Shown here piece after piece: positions 51,934 through 64,000 of a DNA stretch of 64,000 nt; position 1 is the first letter of the stretch; every line of letters begins with the position of its first letter. The stretch is from Lytechinus pictus. Its lineage: Eukaryota. The notes below the pieces were generated by a model, which saw only the letters and a list, made by a program, of their open reading frames with translations, made no database searches and was not told the DNA's origin. Location of the stretch: contig NC_087248.1 in assembly GCF_037042905.1 (NCBI RefSeq), positions 17,918,001 to 17,982,000 on the forward strand. The letters are read 5' to 3'. The position numbers and the translations under genes were made by a program.

Positions 51934-52844
51934 CTGGAATGGACAAAATTAAAAAAAAGTTTAGCAAATGAAAATTCTTAATTTAATGATCAATTAGACA
52001 CTCAATTCTGCTTATAATTGCTTATTGTCTAAAGGTAGGTCAGGTCAAGGCTCTACGCAACACTGCCGTAATTGCATGGGCTCAAAACCTGCACTTGCCA
52101 TGCTTTCATAATAATACCCTTTTAAAAAATTCAAGATTCAAGATAATATTAATAAGATTTAATTGTTATTGGTAACAATAATGGACCAGACAATAATGAA
52201 TTTCAACAATAAAAGATTGACTAAATATTAATTGCCACCACTCATCTAGATCTATGTGGTGGCGGATAATGGAAGTTGCAAACTTGCATTAGCTATTGTT
52301 ACCTACAATAACAAATTTTCAGGTTTTAGGAAACCTCTATTTTAATGGTAAGGGTGGACGGTACACGCACACAGGCCTCAGTCTGGGGAACTGTAGATTT
52401 ATGACAAAAATATGAAAATGGCCATGTAACTTAGGAAATAGGGATCTCTTTATATTTTGTGCAGCCCCCCCCCCTTCAATTTTGAAAAACTGTGCAGCCC
52501 ACGCATAAGATATTTTGAAAAACTGCAGCCCACGCATAAGATAAGACAAAGCCTGAAATTGGAGTTTGGGTCTCGGAACTTGATGAACAGATGAATGTCT
52601 TTCCACAAACTACATGTATAGGCCTAGTATCATTAACATAATATTTGAAGCACTGTCCAACTTCTGGAAAGATTAGGGCAAGAGGTGACCCCCCCCCCTC
52701 CCATCACATCAGCATCAAGATCAAGTCTCAAGTCAAGACAATCAATCACTTGTCAGTCACATCAGTTATCAAAATCAGACAGGCCCACGCATCATTAATT
52801 GAACATTGATGAACATGATGACTGACCAACATGACGAAACATAC

Positions 52845-53268
52845 CATCTTCTTCACTGATATGATTCGTCATCATAAGATTCTTCTGTTCATCAGGGTCG
52901 CCAATGACCTCCAGCCATTTTGGTTTCGGCAGTCCATGTTCCAGTTTCCCATACTGCAAGCGGTCCTCTGTCTCGGGGTGCAGCCGAAACGTCTTCGTGC
53001 GACGTCGCAGACTCCTCCGAAAGCTCTGCGAGCATCCTTTCGGATACTCTCGATCCTTCAAATAACTCTTGATTAAAACAATCTGTTCCTTGAAACTAAG
53101 CTCACTGAGACCTCTTAATTTATATTCAACGGCTGATTTTGCTCGCTTTCGTTTGCGTTTATCTACCCGGACAGGACTTGGAGATGGCGACGAGGTGTCA
53201 TCCGCATCTGAACTCTCGTTGGAGTGATCATCATCGTCTTTGCTGGACAAATTCCGCTTGGGCGCCAT
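52845..53268 (-). CDS. GIN-like (Gypsy retrotransposon integrase-like) gene, coding exon 1 (acidic/Ser region, KRKRKR NLS, GIN-type N-terminal domain)
   Basis: Acceptor tttgacag|gaaatATGGCG and donor GAT G|gtatgt. YLKDREYPKG....RRSLRRRTKTF...LQY...EVIGDPDEQKNLMMTNH resembles the GIN1/Ginger N-terminus. Confidence 0.88.
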
Positions 53269-54739
53269 ATTTCCTGTCAAATGATACAACGGAGATTATG
53301 GTAAGCTACTTGCACAAATATGAACCGAGACCTATTTTTATTTTTGGTAGTTCTGGCCCGAGTTCTGGTTAATAAAGTAAACAATCCAAACGCAATTTCC
53401 ATTATTAATGTCATTCACTCGATGTTTTTTCTCTTTAGCTTGAATCAAACTATCAATTCAATCTTTTTTTACATCTTATCTATACAAGGTGACAATTTTT
53501 TTGTTTAACTGAAAAGTCTGTTTAAAATGACCGAGTTTAAATACAAATTCATTAAAATTACTAACTTAGTGTTTGTATGATTAGAAATACATGTATCTGC
53601 TAAACGATCCTGGCAGAAATGTGTGATTGCTGAGAAATTGGCCTAAATATAAATATGGCATTCCATTCAGCCAGGTCTTTCAGCCAATGTCCCACATGTG
53701 TTTATCTGTGTGAGTGACTTCAGCCGTGGTACTTTTTCACCTTAGATTTCATAATTTGATACAATAAGGTTGATGTAAATAGCCCATTCCAGATTCTTCA
53801 TGATATGGTACCAATCTAGCTTGATTTTAAAGACTCTGTCGTGAAATCATTGCTTGCTACAATTCTGAGTGCAGGATAGTGAGTTTTATTGCATAGATTA
53901 TTTTGCACCTCTATGGCGTACCATAGTAGCATGTTCATCAAATCTTTGTCCGTTTGATTCCTTTGTCTGTCTGTTGCTTTCACGCGCGGGCGCGGCGCAT
54001 ATTTCTAATTCGAGCTCTGCATGCTGAGTGGGGGTGGGGTCATGGAAATAGGGGGTGGGGTGCATGGTGGGGAAGGGAAGCCAGAAATGTGGGTTACAGA
54101 CCCTTTCTACTATTTTGGGGGAAAAACGTAAAGTTAGATTATTCTTCCAAAGTGATCTTCAGCGTGTTCAGTCAGTTGGCTTACCTCGCTTTTTTTCACA
54201 AAGTTCTTAAAATCTTGGGGCCTGGGGCGCTTGCCCCCCTAAATTTTTCATGACCTAGAAAAAAAAGGAAAAAGAGAAAAGTAAAATATGATATTAGGAT
54301 ATTATTTTCTGAAATAGTTTGTCAAAATCTATCACAAAATTTGATTTTTGTAATATAATTTTTGCTTGCTCGCTTCACTCACTCGCATTTTTTCGTGTGT
54401 AAAAAGTAAATTTTGCCCGATTTGCCATATCGGGCCCCTCAAAATCTTTGGCTCGTTACGCCACCGCACGCATGTGGCGCAGACAACAATTCAATCATTT
54501 TTGTAGGACCCTATTTTCTTCAGTGGAGCGAATATCAGAAATACAAGTAATGTTATAGCCATATTAGGATAATCATGCTTTTTTGAAGATGCACATTTTG
54601 ATTAAGTCTGATAAGCGATGGGGGGGGGGGGGGGGGGAGGGATACAGTAATTTATATAAACCACGATTTCCATGTTTATAAGTGATTTGGCTAAAGCGGA
54701 GGTAGTTAACGATCAATGCTTGTTTATTTCAACCCTGAA

Positions 54740-55485
54740 CCCTTTATTATTATTTCAAAAAAAAATAGCTAGAATAATGACGTTCAACCATTATACTTAT
54801 CACTCTGCTCCTTTATTTTATGATCTAATTATTTTCGATATTTTCAAACAATACCAATATTTGATAGGGGTATTTATGCACGATTTAATTGACAATCGGT
54901 TGCCGCATAGTTTTATTGATTATTTTTCATTAATAGACCATCCTTACAAAATACGAGAAATAGAGAAAAGCGAAATGTTAATCTTGACAAAAATAATACC
55001 AATTTGGAAAAACAATCAATTTCATTTTCTGGTCCTACTTTTATGGAATCATGTCAAGTATATTAGAAACATCCCCAGTCGCAAGATATTTTGCAAATTG
55101 TTAAAGCTAATGCTAATGGAAGATTATAATTGATTTGGTATGGTAAATACTGCCTGAAACAAATAATTCTATATAAAGATTTTGTGAATAATTAAGATAT
55201 TTTTTCTTGTAAATAGTGTAAATATATTCACTAAAAATTATCGCAATTTTCTGCAACAGTAATAAATAGAATTAGTACTGAATTTGATGTACAATATTGA
55301 GATTTTGTTAAAATTATTGTTTAAACTATGATAATGGCATTATTTGGGGCTAACCTCGATTAGCATCTTGCTATTATGTTAACTCCAATTACCAAATGTT
55401 TTGTTTATATGTGATGTACTATTCCATGTAATTGTACCTGACAGTGATATTATTTTGGTAATAAATTCAAGTCAAATCCAAATGC
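54740..55485 (+). mobile_element. Decayed CR1/L2-type LINE 3' portion
   Basis: LFQKKIARIMTF...HSAPLF..L.I.DI, later LWN; 3'UTR ends aataaattcaagtcaaatccaaa. Confidence 0.75.
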
Positions 55486-58400
55486 CCATTTTACTCTATA
55501 TTCGCTTTCTGCCTGGATCCCCCCAATTATTATCATTTTTAGTGCTTGCCACCAGACCTGCAGTATATTTACAAATCTAAAAGTGATACTCTGCCAAATT
55601 ATTTTTGCCTACCCATAACCTTATGATTTTATTAATCGAATTTTCATTATGATTAAGGCTGTGCTTGGCACGCGTTAATGGCCACTTTGGTCCATGGTCC
55701 GACTTTGGAACAAATTGCGTTCTGCTCATTTATTTTTCTGAAAATGTTTTTTTATTTCAGGTTCAAATTCTCTGTATGAATACTAATATAACAATTTTGG
55801 ATGATTGCAAGCTTTTATTTTGGAGTAAATGCCAAATTGGTGTCAAATCACTAGCCAATCGTGCGATTGCTATGACGTCATTATTCAATTCGCTTTTGTT
55901 TTGATAAGGATGCATAGTCACAAATTTGAACATACGTATTCGTATGATGATTTCCAACTTTAAACAGTAATGTTCCATGTCTCAATATTCGCGTTAAATT
56001 TTATTAGTTTTTTTTTTTTACCAATCGTAAGGTGTGTGGTTGCCTTTCAGGACACTGGGAATTATTATTTTTTTTTCTGAGGGGGGGGGGGTCAATAAAA
56101 AATAAAGGTCCCTTCGGTCCCGAGAAATTTGAAAGGAAAAAAAAAGGTTCACTACAAAATTGATGTCATTTCGGCTAAATTTCTCAATTTTTGAACACCT
56201 ACCACAATACCAGGGGGTGCTGCCGATGGAGAATAGCACCCCCGCTTCCCAGCAAGACCTCACTTCAGAACTCTGATCTCACGTCCACCAATGTAGCACA
56301 GCGCCATCTAGTGTTATAAAGGGAGATAACATCTGATAATTTTTAACGAATCAGTATGCTTTGGTGGTAAACGTCATGTCACTGGTGCTGCGGTTTTTTT
56401 CTTTTTAACATTCCTCCCCGAAATTGTCCAAAAATATGAAAAACAGAATCTATACTTCTCAGCTACCGCGTAAGATCATCATTATACTCTCAAGTTTTTG
56501 TTACAGGATATGTGTACACATGGACGACACATAGGCCTAATAATTTAAATTTCCGAACGACAAGAAAAAGAAAGAAATTGGGAAAAGACATCATCAGCTC
56601 ACTCATTGCAAAGTCGTGAATTGCATATTTTTGCAGGTAAAATGCATACAACTCTTTCCATAAAATAATGGAAAATCAGTTTCGCAGACTGGTCAATTTT
56701 AATTTTGTTTGTCTTAAGTTTGATTGTCAGAATCTTTAAAGGCGAAAAAATTCTGGCCAGAAATCCTTCCCGAGTCCCCGACTTCGGTAAATCTTGCTGG
56801 ATTCGCCCAAGATTTTTAGCACACACCCAATTTACTACTGTACTAGGTCTATATTGGTAAACTAAACATGTATATAAACATTATTGAAACATTTCCTTAC
56901 TTTGTTTGGTATCTTGACAGTATTATGCTTTTATTCTTGATTGTTGTTCCTTATCCTCAAATTTAGAATGTGACGTTTTGTTGGATCGAATTAAATAATC
57001 AACTATTTGAATTTGAACGCCTCGTATCATCACGATCATGATCGGAGAATCAATATCATGAAAATGGTGTGAAAAAATATAACCCCTTCTCGTTTCAGGC
57101 GATAAATAGCATTAGGGCCTAATGCGTGAATATGAAATACATCCTGAACAATGAAATTCGAAATTAGGGTTAGGCAGAAAGGATAGCCACTCAAATAGAG
57201 GAATGTATCAGCTACTGCGTACAGATGAGGATGGGGCCTCGGAACCCTCGGCAAAGTGTTCACGACTAAGAATTAAGAAAAAAGGACAAACAAAAAGAAA
57301 CGAACGCAAAAAAGGTGACATATACTATTTTCGGAATATCATTTTTTTGCTGGTTTGCTTCGCTCACTTTTTTTTCTTTAAGATATAAGCCGCCGTATAT
57401 AAGCTATATCTGACCCCCCCCCCCCTCTCAATTTTTTTGCTTATTACGCTATTGGTAACATCATCCTCAATATGCGAAGAAGCTTGGTGATCAAGCGATT
57501 AAAATTGATTGTCTTTGCAATGTTTTACCAGTGAAACTGAATATTTTACTTTACAATTAACGCCGTATATTGTCAATATTTTTCAGTGAAATGACGATTG
57601 TCTGTGTACTAGGCAGCGACCGATCAAAACATGTGTTCACTAGTGTTGGGATCCATATGACCATCCAAAATGGTAAAAAAAAGTAGGGCCCTGAATTATG
57701 TAAGTTTTCCAGAAGAGATGTTGTGGCAATTTTATGCTTAAGCGAGCGAGACAACGTAGCGACCGAGATAAACTATTTGCTGTATTCTCCAGTGATCGTT
57801 TTGAATCAACACACGGTATAGAATGACACACTTAAATGAAAAACTATTCGATTTTTTTTCACATTAGTGAAATTTTTTCTTTTAAATCCACATCATGGTA
57901 TTCATTGAATAAGACAGTACAATTGAGTGGTGCTTTTGTGGGAGCGAGCGTAACGATCGAGTAAGACAATGTGTTATTTTTACGTGTTTATTGAAACTAA
58001 TGGCGTCTTTGACTTAAATATGACATAAAAGAAGACAGTGTTGTGAAGGTATATACGAGTATATGCATGCACGATGGATAGCGACTGAGCGAGATAATTT
58101 ACTGTTTTCCCTAGCACAGTGAAACTCAGCATTTCTAACACATTCATTGATCCACATGGGACTACAAGCGAAAACTCGAATGTATATTTTAATCATGTAA
58201 CGTTGGCCTACTATAGCTTAAACTATAGTACAGAGGAGGCAGTGACAAACAAGTGTGTATTACAAATCAGTTACGCTAGATATTTTGAAACCACAACACA
58301 TTATATAGGCCCTATTCTTTTCTTGCATGATTTTCTTTTTCTTTCTTTCGTTTTCTTCTTTGTTCACATGTTAACAGGGTATAGGGCATAATGATCCCTG

Positions 58401-58907
58401 GCTCCCAGTGTTGATTAACTATCAGATGACTTATAAAAAAACAATATCCAGGGGGAAAAAATCTGGAAATACACGAAAATTACATTTTAAAAACCTTTTT
58501 TTACAACCTTCCCTTAATTTGTTTTGTGCTTACTCATACCATATACCAATGGTCGTGTGATGAATCTGATCGGGGGGGGGGGGGGGGGGGCACCTAACCA
58601 GCTGATGACGTCATATTGTTTTCTCAAGTGAATTACAGGGGTATATAGGGTTATATATCTCATGTTAGTCTTTTGGATTTGGATATGCCTATATTCTTCT
58701 TTATGTATTCTAATTTGTCTCCCCTTATTCAATCACTTTTCACTCCACTATTAATCATCGGGGGTCTTCACCCCTGCCCCGTAGCACGCACACTTACGAA
58801 GAAACGCCACGACCGAGTTGTTTTTCAATTATTAATTTCGTTCTATTAAAAGTCCAACCATTTTCATTAACACGAAAAGTGTTTTGTTTATCTATAAGCC
58901 TACAGAT

Positions 58908-59120
58908 AAACTCTTAAATTGTTGGGCAACATACTGTCCACACAACAATATTATTGGTTAAAAAAATCATCCAACTTTGGGTAGTTTTTAACCAATAATG
59001 TTTAGTTTTTACTTGGATATGTTGGAGCACACATTATTGGTTTAAAACTACCAATAATTTGATAAAGTTTTAACCAATTGTTGGGTGGACGGTATATGTT
59101 ACCCATCATTTTTAAGAGTG
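58908..59120. mobile_element. CACT-type palindromic MITE
   Basis: actcttaaattgttgggcaacatactgtccac ... gtggacggtatatgttaccca..ttttaagagtgta. Confidence 0.78.
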
Positions 59121-59399
59121 TACTACTCCCGAATTAATGGAATATTTTTATGAAAATTTAAAGTAAGGGATCTGAAGAAATGAATGCGATCAATTAGGAC
59201 CTGGTAGACTTATACACTTTGCGATATAACGTTGAAATTTGGTTTAAAAATTCACCCTTTTTTCATTTCTTTTCTCAAACATTGCACTTGTTAAATTAAA
59301 GAAACTCAAGAATACTCGGCTTAAACAACTTGATAAAAATAAACTAAGGCGTGTTGCCTCTGTGTCAAACATGTAGGGTTGCGTGTGGTTGCTCTTGTA

Positions 59400-60060
59400 T
59401 TTGATTTGGGTGCATTTATAGAAATGGCTCTTCCAATGTCACATTCAAAGACCTCCTCTCCGGGGACTTCGCAGCGACTCGCTCCCCTGGCGTCGCGGTG
59501 CTCGCGGGCTTTGATGCGTAGAAGGGGGCGCCGTGCAGGCTTCGTGACATGGCAAACCAAACTATATCAGAAATGTAACCGATATACCTTTAGTTTGCCT
59601 TTTCTAGGCATCGTACTATATGCCGTCGGAAATAAGCACCTTTCTCCATCGATTTCCAAAGGTAAATAATACGAAGTGAATTGTACAATCTCACGTACCC
59701 AGACAGGTGGGTTAGTTTAGCGCGCATAGTTAGAAATTGTTAAATTCAGACGAAATGAATTCGACGATTGAAACTCGGCGGAAGAGGCGCGCGAGTCCGG
59801 CGTTGAAAATGCACCACAACATTTTCTAATTTCGTTCAATTTGTTTTGGGGCTGGCTGTGTATATGCACAGGCGGTCCTGTGCAAAATACAGTCCAATTT
59901 CGGGTCAGAAATTCAATCTCTGAAGATAATTCTCGTTTTTAACTTTGCACGCTTGTACAAACGAATTTCAAACGTTGTTATGAGTCGCCCCAGGGGTCCG
60001 GAAAACGCTCATAAAAACCACTCCGTATCGGAGCGAGAACGACACGTAAAAAACTATTAT
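59400..60060. promoter_or_regulatory. CpG-rich island-like region (possible promoter or non-coding first exon, or repeat)
   Basis: Local CpG/GC enrichment (ggcgtcgcggtgctcgcgggc, cggcggaagaggcgcgcg) in an AT-rich background; donor-like sites on both strands. Confidence 0.3.
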
Positions 60061-63000
60061 CGATCAGCATTACATAACTTTAAAGATTCAAATAAAATTT
60101 AAGACTCGGCCAACATTCGTTCATCGTGGAGGTATTGCAAAAATATTGCTGTAACTAATATCCTGTCTCTTCAAATTTGCAAAGACACATTTATGAATAG
60201 GCCTATACTTTATTTGTGATCATACAGTTATATCACAGTGAATTAATTTTGAGGCAATATCATTATACTCCAGGTAAAAAAAAAAAAAAATCATAACAAT
60301 ATTTGTAATTGGATTCCAATTATTTTTCAATCATTATTTGTATCAATCTTAGCCCACCCTAAACAATGTTTCGAGATGCAATCGTTATTTTCCGGGTTTT
60401 ATGTATTGAATTTGAATATTGAAAATGATCATGTACTTGCTTTCGATTTAAAAATATTAACCTATTCCAAATCATAAGATACCAAATGATATTTATTGAA
60501 ATGTGAAGAATTAAAGCAGGCTATATGTGAGAGATTCTGTTAAAAAAGAATTGAGTAAATTTAAAATAATTGATTGAAAAATAACACCAACACAAGCATG
60601 ACAAGGATACAGCAATATTATTATAAAGATATCTGCTAATGATTATAAGCATTATCCAGAGAGACAATTAGAATGAATTTCAATGACAATATTAAAGGCA
60701 TATAGCATTTAGAAAGTTTCTAAACACTCTCACCAACGCCCTCTCAATATGCAATTTGAATAAAACATAATGCATATATATCTCTCCATCATGTTTCCAT
60801 AATTATTTTGAAAGTTTGCGCAATCACGGTTTCAGGCATGGAAAGGGGAATTTATCAGGGGCCATGCGCCCTCCCCCTTTTTTTGCTAACGTTGTACTCA
60901 TTTCGCGATTTCGTTAGATTTATGGTCCGGGGGAGGGGGAGGGGTGAGACGGCATTCTCCCATACGCTGATGTAAAAAAAAAAAAATTAAGGGGTAGGGC
61001 ACGTCCGCCTACCCTGCGCGGGGTTCCTAATTCATATACCTTGCGATTAGTAGTGCCCGGCCTCTTCTTTTCTATACCCCTTTGAAGGTAAGGATGGTAT
61101 TGGCAGCCCTTTTTGTCCAATTTATTATTTTATTTTTTATTTTTGGGAGATAAATTATCATAACGCCCTATATATCCCATTTTCGCAGCGAGAACTTTAT
61201 TCTTCATTACATTTTCTGTTGAATGCCAATTTGAAACAAAATGGATAATTTTTTCCCCTGAATTATGGAACCTTTGTCGTTTCTCGAGGACAAACTTTCA
61301 TCTTTGTAACACACACATACTAAAAAAACCCGGAATATATTTATGTGAAGAAGAAACGATACATTGTAATGATTCAGAATTGTCCGAAAAATAAGAAAGA
61401 GAAATGAAAACTGGTGGAAAAAAGGGTAATTAGTAATAACGTCGTGCCGCAGAACGCCCTCGGCACTTCCATCAATCATTATGTTAGCGCCACCCCCAAA
61501 ATTACGGATGACGAACTGGCGATGGGTCGCTATAAACACCCAACAACAGGCATACCACAGACAAAGACCATATAATACCCTTATTGACACAAGATTATTA
61601 TTTATTTGGTCTCCTAATTTGGCTTGAAATTTGCTGGGTGAGACCGTGTATGTCCTTTCAATATAGTTCAGTCAATGTTGAGCAAACATTCGATTTAATA
61701 TCATGGGCTTGTGGTCTGGTGGTGTTGGAGTGAAATTGGAGCTAATAAAACAATGTCGACTCCGATGGTGTGTTGATGGTGTTAAGTCTTGAAGTGGACG
61801 CTCATTAGCATGATTAGTATCAAATAAAATGTTAAATGATGAGTGACAGTTTGGTGGAGAAAAGACGACCTAAACAATATTTTGAATCGTTTTAAGAGAA
61901 TCAAGATTCAGGAATCAATTCAGCATTTAATTCCTGGTCGTTGTTCCCCGGCACTGTTCACGTTATGACATTCCTATTCCTTACGGTAATATTATACTGG
62001 TTATGACAACTCTAAAAGCGTTGCTTGCAAGGAGTGCACGGTATAGATGCATTAAAGAGGATATTAAACAAAAATAATGAAAATACTGGGAAGAAGTAAT
62101 TTCCATACAATCAGGCATATAGTAAAGAATAATGAAATAAAAAGAATAAAGAAAAAAAGGCAATGAAGAGATAGCAAAACGAAAAAAAAAATCATTATAC
62201 TTATAGCATGTATAGTGAAGAAGTGTCTGTGGACTGCAGAATCTCCGCAATTGAATACTGCGGAGAACTTAAATGACATAATAATTTTACTCAAAGTTTT
62301 ATTGAGAGATACCGACCTCTCATTCGGATAAAAAATTTGGATGGAAGTTCTAGAGTGTAACGTTTGTGTTCAAAATAATTTTGGGTGTCGAGACGCTTTC
62401 AAGTTTACACAGAATAATCATTCACATAAAAACTACACATAAACATGAAACGAGAAAATGGTCCCAATTAAAATATGGGTAAATCATAATTGATGGTGAG
62501 TTATCATGTGGAATGCCTTATTGTGTGAAAAGCTGTGCATTTGTTCAGTAATCATATTTGCATCCGTATGATTTCTTTTGTTCTCCTTTTCTTTCCTGTA
62601 ATACATATATGTACGCATATAAGAATAAGTCTACTATACTTTCTTCATTTCCAAGGGGGATCCACACTTTACAAGCTTTGCTTTTTAGTGGATCCCCCTC
62701 ATTTCCATTTATGCTCTATATTATGCTGTTTTTTCTGTGTTTTTTTTACGAAGTAAGAATGCCCTTCTGTAAAATTGTACTTGATTCGTATTACTTTATA
62801 TTACTTTGTATTATGTTTTGAATGGAAATGAAATAAAAGAATTGAAATTGAAATTGAAAAAAAAAAAAAAATAAATAAAAGATGAAACCTTAATAACAAA
62901 AATCTGAATATCAAACTATTGCTTGATCACATCGAAGAGAGTGTAAAATTTACTTTTTTTACCCTGGGATATTATGCTATTGCATATATTGAGAAGAATT

Positions 63001-64000
63001 CGGTAAATATTAGATTTTATATTAACACATTCTTTGATCGTAATTAGGATTTAATTGCGTGAGACCCGCGCATCTTTGTTGACAGAATCACACGTCTTTC
63101 ATTATAATATTGTGTCGAGGCCATCAAGGGATCGTTTTCATGAACAGTAACTTAATTATTGGCTTTTTGGACGTTTCATCCAACAAGTAAATCCTATATA
63201 AAGTTTAATTCACAAAATGTAAGTTTTGACTTGAAGAAATTATGAATGATCTTCAGATATGGGGACATTGATCAAAATTCTTCATAGTCATTTATTTATT
63301 TTATTTCGTTTTGTTCTTTGCATGGGAAAATAATTTGAACTCGGGAGATTGCATTTCTCGAATGTTTAACAACAAAAAAAGAAATTAAATGGCAGTTGCT
63401 TCAACATCTCGTGTGCACTTATTGGCAATATTGTGGTGAATATAGTAATATGATATTACTCGATTAAAGGAAAAGTTTTATTTGAATAGTTAACATAAGA
63501 ATATTCGTTTATTTAACTAATAAGATATCCTTAATGGACAAAATGTATTTTGCTAGTCAAAGTAAAATATGAGCTTACAAACAAATCATTATTTCGGCAC
63601 TTTGAAATGTTGATAGTGGATGAGACATTTACTTTAGGTTACCATTATGTGTGTTGGGATATTTTAAAATGTACATGGCACCAAAACCAATCTTCCCCAA
63701 GGTTTATTCATCAAAATGAGAATGAAATTAATTAATTTACTCATCCTTCCTCCCCTTTTTTACCGAAGGCCTGCCGTGTCTTGAAGAAAAAGAAACGTCT
63801 CAAGTTTTCCCCCAACTTTCAATTTACATTCGTAATTTAACGGGGATTCTGTGACCTTGCGTTTGTAAATTTGCAGTTTGTATTATAAGGGACAGTGAAC
63901 TGGGTTGTGTAGGCCATTCATTATCTATCGTAACCTTGTTTTGCTTGTTTCTGAAAAATGTTGTTCAAGCAAAATGACTTGGTAAGAGTTGAATTTTTCG

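Noticed and set aside
47198-53289. Decayed Gypsy LTR retrotransposon
   Set aside because: The integrase is split by canonical in-phase introns and has no stops; no gag/RT/RNase H or LTRs were seen.
61207-61650. Possible Tc1/mariner remnant (RNFGGGANIM, gagaccgtgta end)
   Set aside because: The similarity is too short and no partner TIR or DDE motifs were found.

Overview
This is AT-rich, repeat-dense animal genomic DNA with three assembly gaps. It is most likely a sea urchin or other echinoderm, inferred from the repeat types. It holds (i) a tandem + strand cluster of three diverged immunoglobulin-superfamily single-pass receptors: two with intronless CDS (5906-7453, 24628-26169) and one with four coding exons (30649-39711). 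They share related ectodomains but have very different tails: Cys/Pro-rich, ITIM-bearing, and multi-Tyr with a PDZ-binding end. (ii) A six-coding-exon - strand gene (53268->47198, about 561 aa by manual splicing) encodes a GIN1/Ginger-type Gypsy-integrase-derived protein. Its HHCC finger is intact, its DDE core is degenerate and it has a Q/P-rich tail, so it looks like a domesticated integrase. (iii) One internal exon of a - strand, probably type II membrane protein lies near the left edge. (iv) There are many mobile elements, including TTAA/Kolobok-like MITEs, palindromic MITEs, a tRNA-SINE, CR1/L2 and L1/Tx1 LINE fragments, a three-level nested insertion and a 2-kb TIR element, plus long degenerate GAT microsatellites between the Ig genes. 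Gene models were built by eye from splice sites and reading phase; no database searches were run.
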